A program made the position numbers and the translations under genes. Positions 51,815-64,000 of a stretch of DNA of 64,000 nucleotides are shown here, in pieces. The DNA comes from Lama glama (lineage: Eukaryota): contig CM052832.1 of the NCBI GenBank assembly GCA_028534125.1, positions 21,020,001 to 21,084,000 of the forward strand, given 5' to 3'. The number at the start of each line of letters is the position of its first letter. The first letter of the stretch is position 1. Under the pieces are notes generated by a model. That model had not been told where the DNA came from. It worked only from the letters and a program-made list of their open reading frames with translations, and searched no databases.

Positions 51815-52180
51815 CTCTCCATATACTTATAACCATCTAAGATTTCTCTCTCACACCCCGAATCTCCAAAGCTGTCAAACCAACCACCCATTTAACATTT
51901 TCCTTGAGATATGTCAAAGGAGCTTAGCCAAATCATTTCATCATCTGCCACCCACACCATGCCCACCCCTGGATCCCTGTCAAAGCTCGGTAAGTGGACC
52001 ACCATCAATCTAGGTGGTGTGCTGGATACCTTGAGACCTTCTCCCATATGCATTTTGCAACACATCACAAAGTTCTATTGACTCTCTGCTTGTTCACCAG
52101 TTTTACTCCTGGTACCTAACAGCACTCAGTACAAAGTAAATGCACTTAAATATGTATTAAATCAACAAGTGAATGACTTA
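51815..52180 (+). mobile_element. L2 fragments
   Basis: gtaagtggaccaccatcaatctagg and 3' end gtacctaacagca...cacttaaatatgtattaaatcaacaagtgaatga. Confidence 0.6.
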
Positions 52181-54354
52181 CAGAAATAATAAACCACTTG
52201 TGGACCTATCTTTTCATTCCCCCACACCCTTTTCCATGATGTTCCATCCACACAAACATCCCCCTTTCACTCCAAAACCTTGCTAACATTTACGCTCTAA
52301 TTCTCGGCCAAAACGCCACTTGCTCAGTAGTTTCCCTTGGCCTCTCCAAGACACACTCTCCGCTAGCATGTTACCACATACACAGCACCACGGCAACACC
52401 ATTGCTGCCTTGCGATGACTTGGCCTGAAGACATCCATCCTTCCTTTCTTCAGATCTGAACACATGACAAACGGAGGTTTAACTATTTTTGAATGACTTC
52501 ATTACTGATTTAAACTCAGTCTCCATCTCTCCCACTTCTTCTACCCAGGCCAGGAAAGGCAGGGCAAAACACACTTAAGAGAAAGGAATGGCCAGTCCTG
52601 GCGTGCTCCCATGGCTGCACGGAAGCAGACACTGCTGTCTTCTCCCATTCTTCTATTAGTGATGAGGGCTGCTTTATTCCTTCCATTCCCCAAATTGGTG
52701 AAGGGTGTGTAGGGAACCAGAGGGAGAGGGATGTACACATGTCCCCCACCTCCTGTGAGATGGTGGCCAAAGCCTTTCGGGTTAAGGATCAACACTACAG
52801 AGGTACGTTTTCCTACTGTGGGAAAAGTTGTTAGCAAAAGGCTATATACACAAAGCTCTTCAGCCACAAATCTGGAAGAGAATCAAAATCAGCCAACGCT
52901 TAATGAGAGTTGAAGATTTCCTGTCTGGGACCCATGTTAGGGACTGAGCTTCAAAAGCCATCACCGTGGAGTCAACTCCATCTCAAGGAGGACGGGCCTC
53001 AGAACACCTGAGGCAGAGCTGGCCGTTTAAAAAAAAAATTCACGTAATCAGCATTTACAGCTTTTGTGTACGTTATTCCCCCCTAACCTCAGCTCAGGGC
53101 ACTGCTGAAACCCCATGCTCCCAACTCTCTGCTCAGTAACTCCTCTCCCCCCCCATAAATTAAGTTAATGAGGAGTTTTCTAAAAGAGGACATTCTCTTA
53201 AAGGCTCTGTTATTCTGAAGTTAATGGCTCGGACATGTAGCCAGGCCAAACAGTCACAGGCAGCAATAACTCTTGCAACAGCTCCAAAACTTAGCCTCAA
53301 ATGTCACCGAGTCCTACCCTGATCTTTCTTCCCCTTTGATTATCACTGGTTGCCTTCCTTCCTCCCCTAACATTTTATAGCAAACTCAAATGCATCAAAG
53401 AAACCAGTTAAGGATGTGAAGATTGAGAAACACATTCAATCTTAATGTTACGATCTTGTCTTTTCCTTCCCACGGCTTGTCTCTAAGAGAAAAGGACAAG
53501 TGTAAATTCGATGTCACACAGAACAAAACAAGAAAATACACTGAAGGCAACCAGGGGGGTGGGCATTTCTAAATGCCAGCACCACGCTCATCTAATACTT
53601 AGTACACACTTACTGCAAGGATTATGTCTTATTTTGTGATGGGTTCGTTTTCACATGAGAAATGACTGAACAAGCATGTAATGAAGCCATCAAGCAAACC
53701 TGACAGAATCAATTGCTTCAAATCACCTTCCTAACCTAACATCCAGCCAGGAGATGATCAAAATATAAAAATGCAAACTCAACTGCTGGAAACGGAATTT
53801 CACCATACATAATAGGTGCAGGATCAGAAACAACCTGGTGAAATGTACTCAAGTTCTTAAGCTGCAATTACAAACGATGATTAAACACAGGTTTATAAAC
53901 CAGCTCATCTATCTTGACAATAAAAAACACGTTCTGGATAAAATGGGTCCAAAATCCTGTATCCATTATTTGATCTAGAAATTTGTACTAATATACTGAA
54001 ATTTTAGTACACATGTTCCAAAAAGTTGGGAGCAGAAGGAATAGAGGGAAAAACGGAGAACCATGGAAGAAAAGCTGTATTTCCCCTTCCTCTCACTGAC
54101 CGTGGCTTACTGAACCAGCAATAATTTCCTGACAATTTGTCAGTGTACTCCACGGAACAGTATGTCATCTAATGGCCACAGGCTCCAAAATAATACAGAG
54201 ATAAGACAGGCAAAGGGAGACTAACGTGAAGGGCACAGACCTGGAGAAGGGCACTTTTTGTAGCAAGTATGGATATGTGAGATAAATCATTAGACCTTGA
54301 AAAACAGCATGTATGCTCTCCTGCTTTGTCTGGGCTGCCTTCCTCTATGCATGA

Positions 54355-54560
54355 TTATAGAACCCTATTTAAGAATTTTAGGGTTTCCAAGGCATTTTCA
54401 CATATATTTATTTCTCTCGTTTGATCCCACCACAATTCAACAAGGCACACTCTTTTCACATGTGAGAAAACTGAGATTCAGGAAAGTTAAGTGATTTTTC
54501 CAAAATGATACAAAATAAGAAGTGACCAGAGAGCCACAATTCATGTCGTCTGATTCCTGG
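54355..54560 (-). mobile_element. MIR SINE
   Basis: ttttcacatgtgagaaaactgagattcaggaaagttaagtgatttttccaa. Confidence 0.8.
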
Positions 54561-55914
54561 GTAATAGGTTACATTTATTATTAACTTTGTAAATTTACAA
54601 TAATAAGAGGAATAAAAGCCACAGGAAAATAAATTCCTAATGAATTTCCAACTACCCCCAAGTCAGGAACGTTGAGGCAAAGTTCCTCACAGGTAAGTAG
54701 GCAGTGTACTTGCTTCAAGACTGATCATTATGAAGTGAAATTTGGCATCTTGTGAGTCTGTCTTCATAACCTTTTGCATTTCCTAACATCACAAATATTT
54801 GTCTAGGCCGTGGAAGACAGCTTATTCTGACCCTGAATTTGTGAGGTTGCTGGCTGGCTGTCATTTCTACTGAAAACATACTTAGCAGAGCACAGTGTGT
54901 TCCTTACCAATCCTTGCCATGAGGTGAAAATGCCCCAGCACTCAATGAAAAGAATGGTCTGGTGATATTCAATGTGAACACAGACATTTCTCTTCCAGTG
55001 TAATTCACTGTGCACACATCATTAAGGATCAAAGCACAGGCAAACCGAAGAATGGAAAAGGAATTCGAAAACATCAAAGTTAATTATATTTGGTTGTCCC
55101 AATAGCTGTTACTAGTTCAATTAAGATGTAGTTTTGGCTAATCTTAAGTCAAGCTGTGCTTCTCAAAAAGTCTAAGCAATAAAAGCAAAAGTCAAAACAT
55201 CTAAAGCTGACACTCCCCACCCGCTGCCCCGCGGCCCACCATGCGTTCTCTCCATCTCCTAGGGCCTCCCTCCACAGCTCCCATCAGCGTGCAACTGACT
55301 AGTCATTCTTCACATCAGCAGGGCGAGCTCTAAGGTCCAGCCCCCAGGCCGACCCTCAGTCAAAGGTGGTCCCTGAAACCTCTACATCCTGGGTCTTCTT
55401 CCATCCTATGCTTTAAAGAAAAAAAAAAAAAAAAGAGGAGGTTGGGGGAGAGAATCCGCACAGAGAAAGGGGATCAAAACAAAACCATGAGCCTGCTCTG
55501 TTGAAATGTCTGATATTACAGGTGACTTCTCAAATCTTGGTTTACTGGAAATGAACAACTCATCACACCTCAATTCTGCTTGTTCTTATGCTGTCCCAGG
55601 CCAACAAGCTTAGGTTCTGTCACTGAGAGCGTTTTCTGCCTCCCTATGCCCACTTCCAAACTCCAAGGGCAAGAACAGTCATCAACTCCTCCACTCAGTG
55701 GTCCCATCTAAGGGGTGAAGAATCTGCGCAGTAGGTAAGGAAACAGCGCTCTGCCACACAATTCATGTAGTACTAAAAGGCAAGAGGCCACTAGGGTTGT
55801 CTCCAGTGAAAACAGGTAGAAGAGAAAATGCTCAAAGGCCACTGGCAGCAACATTGCTTTATCATTTCTGGAATCATTCCTTTTACTCCATCCATACATT
55901 TATTTTCATGGAGG

Positions 55915-56015
55915 GGACCTGCATATTGCCAAGTACTTACTATACACCAGGAACTGGACGCAGGCTTTATAAATGTTGTCTGATTTAATCCTTCCCACAA
56001 GCCTGCGAAACCGAG
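55915..56015 (-). mobile_element. MIR fragment (3' part)
   Basis: agtacttactatacaccaggaactg...gctttataaatgttgtctgatttaatccttcccacaagcctg. Confidence 0.75.
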
Positions 56016-57433
56016 GCAGAATCTAAATTTTGAGCTGGAACTCAAGGAGGGTGCAGTCCAGATGCAGCTGGAGGAATTTCCATCAGGACTGGTTCTCAAG
56101 ACTACCTGTGAATCTCTTCTGAAGGTGTGATTCTCTGAGTCCACATGTCTTGGATAAGTTATGGGATGAGAAGAGGGTGCAGCCACCAGCTCCCAAATGC
56201 CCCACATGCCAGCCCTGTGTGTACCCACAATTCTTCCGACAGCCTAGCCAAGCTCTTCTTGAGCCCTACAGTTTTAAGTTCGTGCGTCCTGTCACATCAG
56301 TGAAAAAAGCACACCTTGTCTCTTTCCTGGGTCTCTTCAAGCCCTTTGGTTTATTTAAAACCAGACACACACCCCCTACTTATCGAATGTAGCAGTTTAT
56401 CAAGGCATTTCAACCAATTCTCATGATTGAACCATCTGTCTGTATCAAAATAAGTTCCTTCTCCATACTGTGCTTCAACTTCTAAATCTTCCCCCACCTG
56501 GAGATGGTGAAGAGCACAAACAGAGAGCAAGTTCCGTATCTTAATCACTCTCTCCATCACATCATGCAGGGAGCCAGACCTGCAAAGTTCCCACACGAAG
56601 TCTCTTGATGAATGATGTAATGAAAGCTAGGCACACCAACCTTCTTTATTGACTTAAATAAACTCAGGAAACTGTTTTCTTTCCTTTCATCGCAGGTGCT
56701 CAACCTAAGAGAAGGAAACTCAGTTTTTCCGTGGTTAGTCAAAACCTCTAGAATTCCTTACTGATAAGGTTTTCAAGCCTTGCTCCTCTGCTCAAAGTCT
56801 CAAGTAGACTGTATTCTTACATGAGATGGGCTGTCTTAGGAAACCAAGACCCTTAAAGGAATTTTTCATTGAATAAATATCACAAAGGGTGCAATGACAT
56901 TGTATCTCATGTTAGAACCTCTAGCAGTGTTTCTATCCTGAACCCTCTCCCAAGAGCCACCTTTGGGTGGTCACAGACCTCTACTTTGAGAGAAGACTCC
57001 ATACCAATCTCATTTTAAAAGTCCTCAATGTCACCCAGAACTGAAATGTCAGCCCCAACTCACTCTGTGTACTAAGCGCATCCGGCTTGGTTACCCAGAT
57101 GGCATCCTCTTCCACGTGGTTATGTGCACCAGTGAGTATGATCTTGCTGAGCTCATAGCTGCTCATTCCTATCTAGGACGCTGTCCTTGCAAATATACAT
57201 CAGCACGATGAAACCCAGTATACACAGGACATCCCACTAGAGTGGGCTCACTGCAGAAGTGCGTGTGGCTTCTCAGTACAACTTTTACTAAGAAACTGGA
57301 CCCCACAGAGGAAAACAGGTCTCTCCTTATCTTGGTTTTCTCCCCTCCATTCACAGTCTAACATGATCCAGAAGATGTCAAAGTCACCTGCTACTCTAAG
57401 GCAAGAGACAGCACTAAACTCAGAATAACATAC

Positions 57434-57620
57434 CAGTGCTTCTCGAATCATGAAGTGCCGGAGAATCACCTGAGAGGTGCTTGTTCAAAGTGATTTCAAA
57501 ATTCCTCCGCCGTGTTTTCTGGTTCAGCAGGTCTACTGGGGAAGCCTGAACGAGCACTTTGATCAAGTGCCCCAAGTGACTGGATGCCAGTGGTCCCAGG
57601 ACCACCCCTCAAGAAGCTCC
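57434..57620. mobile_element. MER5A-like hAT-Charlie MITE
   Basis: cagtgcttctc...gaatcacctgagaggtgcttgtt...ttctggttcagcaggtct...ccaagtgactggatgc...ggtcccaggaccac. Confidence 0.85.
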
Positions 57621-58839
57621 AGTAAGTGGGGGTGAGCACACAGGAGGAGGGAGCCAAGTGAGAGGAGTTGAGTCAGGCCCCTGGAATTCTCAAGTGGTTT
57701 TAGCTGTTGTTTATCATCTATTCCAGTGCTCTAACTGTAAAGCCTGTGCAGTTAAAAATTCACCCAACACACCAGACAGAAAAAAGACGAACATGAAAGC
57801 CCTGATAACGCTAATGGTGGTAAATGGGGCTTCTTTAAATAGGGCACCTTGTTTGTGCCAGGTTGCCTTCTTTCAGGATTTATTGAGGTCCAGCCCATTT
57901 ACTTTCTTTGCTTTAGAGGAGGCTCTCATCTTTGGTGACTTTCACTGGGAACGACATTCCCTAGCACCATCAAAATCTGTCCCATTCATCTTAATTTTTG
58001 CTCCTACTTTTCTAAGTTACTTTTGCTACATTAGGTACAGTTATACTATTTTTTGTATTCTAAATACCACATTCATTGGTTTTTGTTTTTTTTAAGGTGA
58101 CTCTTACACAACCATAAGGGAGAGAAACGCACGAGAGAGGCACTGGTAAGATGGAATCAAACTCCCCACAAATACACACACACATGCACTAAAACGAGGA
58201 TGTCAACCGGTTTTAAAAAACCTGAAAAACAGACTAACATCAATAAAGCCAGAGCAACTAGAGCACAAAAAAGTCTAAGTGATATAAAAGTATTTTTAAA
58301 GGGATTAGTTCTGTCCTATTGAACATTTATTCAACTTAGACATTTTGTGAAGTACTGTCAAAACCAGGAATGGAAACAGAACCCAGGACTCCCAAATTTC
58401 CAGCTCTTGTCAATAAATCAGGCAATTTCCCTACACAATCCAAAACAGCCAAAATGCTCTGGTTACTCTCTAACATACGGCTTAAATATTTATGTTTTAA
58501 GTGTTTTCAGCTTACAGTCCACATGATAAACATTCATTAACATTTATGCAACTTAAGTAATTCTAACTCCAAGGTCAGACCAAACACATTTGAACAAAAT
58601 AAACATTCCCAAACCAATCATAGGCTAAAATTGTTCCAAAATTTACTGGATAACCTGACACCCACACTCACTTGCCTTCCTTCCTCCCGGAATAATGTTC
58701 TTCAGGAGTTATTCCTCCAATACAACATACAACAAAAGATAGTTTAAGAAGCCAGAATGAGAAAAGCACTTAGAACTTGACAGAATTTAAATACTAGGAG
58801 AATCTATCTCATAGGTTGGTTGTGTTTCATGTATCACAT

Positions 58840-59078
58840 CAATTGGTTCAACCAATCCTTGTGCATGTTCCCGGCACAGTCCTGGTCCTAATGTACAGGA
58901 TCACACTCCTTGCCATTCTAGTAGACTGACAATAAACCAGTCAAATATTTAACATAACATCAAACAGTCAAGTGCCAGGAAGGGAAAGCAAGATGGAGTA
59001 AGAGGGAAAATGACAAAGGATTATGGGAGCAATTTTGCTATTTTTAAGTAGGGTAGACAGAGAAAGCTTCTCTGATGC
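58840..59078 (-). mobile_element. L2 3' fragment
   Basis: ttcaaccaat...ccggcacagtcctgg...cattctagtag...tagggtagacagagaaagcttctctga. Confidence 0.7.
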
Positions 59079-60289
59079 CTTTAAATCATATCGACTAAAT
59101 CCAACAAGAATAATATTAACTCCACTCTCCAGAGTCACAATTATGGGTCAGTATGAAAAGCTGAAGGCTGCTTACACACATGTGAATTAATGAACATCTA
59201 GGAATTTTAGAGGAGGAAAGAAACCTATGAGGCTAGATGCCTTGATCTGTTTGGTTACTTCTGAAACAAAGGGATACAGGCACATGCTTTATCTTGTCAG
59301 GTAAGCTGACCAACATGATTCACAGGGCTGACTTAACACGTCGAGAGCCACGCGAAATCAGTCACAAAAGGAGGGAGGAATCCAAGGAAAGCTATTGTTG
59401 AATTCCACTAAAATTCTTTTTCAAGGTAGTAAGTGAATACAGTAGCTGATCATACCATCAGATCCAAGTAACATAAATAATAATACTTTACAAAGGTTAT
59501 ACCATTGCTATGATCATCAGGTATTTTTTATTCTTAAAAGAAGGACAAGGTTTAAACAAATTTCTAACATATTTAAAACATGCACATTTTTAAAGATACC
59601 AATATCCTATATTAAAAGGCAGGAAGCAATTGCCTTAGAAGTTTGTCAAGAGTGAAATAAACCTTTGTATATGAGAGAAAACAAATATTGGAGGGGTCCG
59701 ACAGTACAGGAAAACTATACTCTATTTCAGATTCAAGGACATTTAAAGAGTCATCGCCTTCTAGTAGCTGGGATTAGACTTTGGTGAGAGCTTCAATCAT
59801 TCATGCTTTTAAACTGAAGTTGGTCCTTAAAACCTGTAATGAATTAAACAATATACCATCCACAGAATCAACTGTAAAAATATACTGTAACTAAGAGCAT
59901 AATGACTTATTCACTTCCTTTCTCATTTTTCCATAATCCATTCCACCCTCTTCCTGTCACCTAATGTAATCATTGGCTGGGTTTCCATTAAACTAAGGGT
60001 CTCCCCTCATGTGCTCTCCAAAGTCACTGCATTGCTTCTCCCAGATTTCATGGATAATTTTGTAAACGTTACCACCTACAACTGAATTGTTAAAAATGCA
60101 AAGTAGACAGTGATTCAATTTGTGGCTGTGTGTTCCAAGAGTAGAGTGGTAATATACATGGCATCGGGGATGCAAGTTTCAAACTTTGTCCTATACTATC
60201 CAACGACTGGAAATATTCTTAGACACATTTTCCAACTTGATGAAGACATTCCACAGCACTACTATTACCCTCGAAAACAGACAAAGTTT

Positions 60290-60380
60290 GCGTAACACAT
60301 AAAGATTCCCAAAGCACTTTTACATACATTTATCTTATCTGATCTTCACAACAGCCTCAAGAACTTTTAATTATCCTAAA
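60290..60380 (-). mobile_element. MIR fragment
   Basis: caaagcacttttacatacatttatcttatctgatcttcacaacagcc. Confidence 0.75.
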
Positions 60381-61187
60381 TCACAAAAACAAATTGCCTA
60401 AACTAAAATGGGGGGTGGGGTGGAGGGAAATTGCATGCATGCAAACTGGCTTTTGGTTTCATTAAATCTTCAATTGTTCGTCAATGACATTTTTTAGTGA
60501 CATATTTTTAAACAAAAAGCTTTTGCTGCTGAGCAGGCCCTCATCGACCTTTCCTCTGAACTCCTCAATTTCTAGACAGGGATACCAGCTACCTTGTTAC
60601 CTGTGTCTACTATGTACAAAACCATTCAAAGTTATTATTTAAAGACAGATGTTCGGATAGTTTATTACCTACACCATCAATGAGCAGTTTCATTTGGACC
60701 TGTAGTATGGATAAAGAGGGAGCTAATCTTTCATCCAAGGTCACACCCAGTTAATACTCCTCCTTGTATGTACCTAGGTCTGTCTGGCTTCTTCACCATC
60801 AGTCTTATCTAGCTGTTGATTAAGTAGGGGGAATTATGACCTTGAATAAGGCTTTGACTGGCAAATAGATTCCTAACCCATCCTTAAAAATAGAATTTCA
60901 GTGGGTAAGATCAGAAAACTCCTAAAGCAACTCAACTTTAACTCTGGGTAGCTTTCTTTAATGGCCATATCATAGCCTAAATGAAGTGCAATTATTCTTG
61001 ATTAAATTTTTCAGCAGTTTCTTGCCTACCCAACAGAATTAAAATCACATCTAAGAAAACAATGTTTAGAGGTCCCCCCCTTTGCCCTTAGGAAACACTG
61101 ATCATTTGACCTCATTCCATGCATATGACTTTCTCTTCCAGGTTGTGTTTGTTTGCTTTAGTTGTGGGGAGAAGCATAATTATTACA

Positions 61188-61415
61188 AACATAATAGCAG
61201 CTTACATTTCCAGAGTGCTTTATCACTCACAAATGCATTATTATCCTTTTTGATCCTTAGAACTCACTGCAGTAGTATGTGAATTATTACCCATTTTCAC
61301 AAATCATTAAGTGGAGGCTCAGAGAGGTTAAGTAATCTGCCCAATGTCAGTAAGTTAATAAGGGCAGAACAAGGTCACAGATCCAGGTCCTTTTGTCTCT
61401 AAGTCTTGGGCTCTT
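61188..61415 (-). mobile_element. MIR SINE
   Basis: attattacccattttcac...ggaggctcagagaggttaagtaatctgcccaatgtca...atccaggtc. Confidence 0.88.
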
Positions 61416-62079
61416 TTTTTTTTAATCATTTGGTCAGAAAAGCATCATCGAAGGAAACATTCCGATGACTCCTGTGTAACACTCTACAGTCACTTCATTA
61501 CCAAGTATACTCAAAAGGTTTTCTGCACTGTCACTTGACTGCTTCTTTCTTACGTCCCCGTCAAGGTAACTCTGACACTGTCTTGCAGTGACAGAAGCAA
61601 ACACTACAGGACTGTGCAAAGATAGGTGTTCTCAAATGTCCAAGTTCTACCAAAAAATAAATAAATAAATAACAATTTGATCCACAAAGTCCATTTAAGG
61701 AATCCATCGATATGCTTCAGAATTAAACTAGTCAAGGGGATGAGATCTGTCACCGGGCTTGTCACAGAGAAAAGGAATAGAGAACAGAAGAACTGGGGCA
61801 GACAAGAAGGGCACAAAACCTGGGAAAACTGGAGTGATCAGAAGCCCAAGCTATTGACAGGGAAACTGGGAGCCACAGAAAGCTTGCAATTCTTTCCACC
61901 CATTTGTTGGAAAACAACCATTAACATCTATTAAGTGATTCAATTTATTTACCTACTTACCTAGCGAGTAAAAGCATCTCAAGTCAAGTGAGGTATTTCT
62001 TGGGATATTTCTTAAACATTCTTGAAAGCTACTTGGGTTGTGTTTTGTTTAGTCTGTCTTTTAAGCACAAATTTTTTTT

Positions 62080-63100
62080 TAATCCAATTAGAAAAACAGG
62101 TAAAAGGCATGAAGACACTTCACCGAAGAGAATATAACATGGATGGCAAATAAGCCCATGAAAAGATGTTCCACATCATTAGCTATCAGAGAAATGCAAA
62201 TTAAATCTAATGAAATCTCACTTCACACCTATCAGAGCAACGAAAATTTAAAGGAAAAAAAAAAAAACCTCCAAATGCTTGTGAGGATGCAGAAAAACTA
62301 CATCACTCCAACTTTGCTGGACAAGTATAAATTGGTACAGCTACTCCGAAAAATAGTTTAAAAAGAAACTGCCGAACCAAACACGCAATTAACATACGAC
62401 CCAGCAATTTCAGTCTTGGGCATCTGTCCCAGAGAAATGAGAACTTATGTTCACACAAAAACCTGTACACCAATGTTCAAAGCAGCTTCATTCATAACAG
62501 CCAAAAACTGGAAGCAGCCCAGGTGCCCTTCAACAGGTGAATGGTTAAACGGTGGTATATACGTACCATAGAATACTATCCCACAATAAAAAGGAACAGA
62601 TCACTGATGCATGCAACAACCTGCAACAATCTACAGTTATGTTAAGTCAAAAAAGCCAATCCATAAGGTTTTAAACTATATGATTCCATGCACATAAAGC
62701 TTTTTTTTTTTTTTTTTAAGAAATGGTGAACCAATTAGTGGTTTCCAGAGGCTAGGGACAGGAGAGGAATGGTGGGAGGAAATGAGGTGTAGCTATTAAC
62801 AAGGGCAAAAAGACAGATGCTCCTGCTACTGAACTGCTCAGCGTCTTTACTGTGGTAGATACACAAACCTACACGGGGGATAAAATTGTATAGAACTAAA
62901 TACAGACACACACCAGAGTGTAGGTTACATTGCAAATGTGACCAAGCTTGGTAGATTGCATCAGTGTCAATCTCCTGGTTGACACTGTACTGTATTTCTG
63001 TAAAATGTTACCAGTGGGGGAAACTGGTTAAAGGCTTCATTACTTCTTACAACTGTATGTGCATCTATAATTACCTCAGTTAAAATTTCAATTAGAAAAC
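62080..63100 (+). mobile_element. Old L1 (L1MC/L1MD-like): ORF2 end and 3' UTR
   Basis: ORF MANKPMKRCSTSLAIREMQIK matches L1 ORF2; 3' UTR motifs (atgttcacacaaaaacctgtacac; cttacaactgtatgtgcatctataattacctc). Confidence 0.93.
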
Positions 63101-63204
63101 AGATCAATGTTATGCTAGCCTAAGCATCTCAAAATTATTTTTACCTTCCTTCCTTGAAACAGGACCACTCTGCTTTATTCCTAAACAACCGCTTATAATT
63201 AGCT

Positions 63205-63585
63205 TCTATTATACATGATATGAAAACGATTCATGACAATGAAGCTTATGAGTGAGAGAAGCCTTAAACCAACCGTCCATGTTGTGAGGCTTCATTTACA
63301 TGAAGCTATAGGAGAGGCTAACCTCATCCACAACGGGAAAATTGTTAAAGGCAGAGGAATGGTTACCTGTTGATGCGGTGAGGCAGTGATAGGAAGGAGC
63401 AGAACTAGCCGGGACAAGAGTTAACACTAGCGAATACTCTGGATCTCTCCTATCAAGATCTAGAGAATGACTTTTGGACTAGAGTCCAAAGTACACAAGT
63501 GTATGCATTTGTCAAAATTCATACACACAAGATTTGTGCACTTCACTGTATGAAATCTTTACATGGAAAAAGATATATAAACAAA
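63205..63585 (+). mobile_element. Very old L1 (L1ME-like) 3' fragment
   Basis: ttcatttacatgaagct...gaatggttacct...tacacaagtgtatgcatttgtcaaaattcat...aagatttgtgcacttcactgtatg. Confidence 0.75.
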
Positions 63586-64000
63586 TTGAAATGAGGCCAA
63601 AATGACTGGCTCTGTATCTGTTAGCTTCATATTCTTTCGACTGATGATTCTATGCAATAAGATACCACACTTTGGTATTTCGTCTGATGACCCTGGATAT
63701 CATTACCAAAGTTTACAATGATCTCATCTCGTATACATTCTTCTCAGGGAAAGGAAATTGCAATCAGAGTAACTGTGAAGCAAATTCATATAAAAAAAAT
63801 ATCATTAAATCAGACTAAATTAATTTAAAACAGATGTAATTAGGGTCCTCTGAAAGTAATTTTGGCTAATACTCTGTTTACATGCAATATAGATGTAGCA
63901 ACTACTGACCTCAGGCACTTTCAGCTGCTTTTATATTAATTACTACATGTGGTTTTTATATTCCAGCCCAAAATATCCTTTATAGCTCTGAGTAGCTAAT

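Noticed and set aside
56351..56530. Good minus-strand acceptor followed by the open frame VGEDLEVEAQYGEGTYFDTD
   Set aside because: No convincing donor before the stop codon, and the peptide is not recognised.
1..64000. CRISPR arrays, operons, rRNA/tRNA genes, intact transposase or retroviral genes, known miRNAs, host gene name
   Set aside because: None seen by eye. No exon peptide was recognised, so no gene symbol is given.

Overview
This is mammalian (eutherian) non-coding genomic DNA, not prokaryotic: no operons, CRISPR arrays, rRNA or tRNA genes, or intact transposons. The listed ORFs look spurious, except three that translate decayed LINE-1 sequence. The window is a mosaic of ancient repeats (many MIR and L2 fragments, L1M-type 3' ends, MER5 and Tigger2-type DNA transposon remnants, LTR16, MLT1 and ERV1-type solo LTRs) separated by repeat-poor unique blocks. 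The style of the short L1 tails and the lack of any recognisable young SINE suggest a camelid or related cetartiodactyl (inference from recall). The window is most likely intronic within a large gene, probably on the minus strand; I could not identify the gene. The best leads are two tandem, phase-compatible 18-nt microexon candidates at about 5.7-6.0 kb, a 75-nt phase-1 cassette exon candidate at 19.4 kb, a possible L1 3' transduction at the left edge, and an ETS-IRF/RUNX/AP-1 enhancer-like cluster beside a solo LTR. I see no convincing evidence of a new biological system. Repeat boundaries are approximate and subfamily names come from recall of consensus sequences, not from a search.
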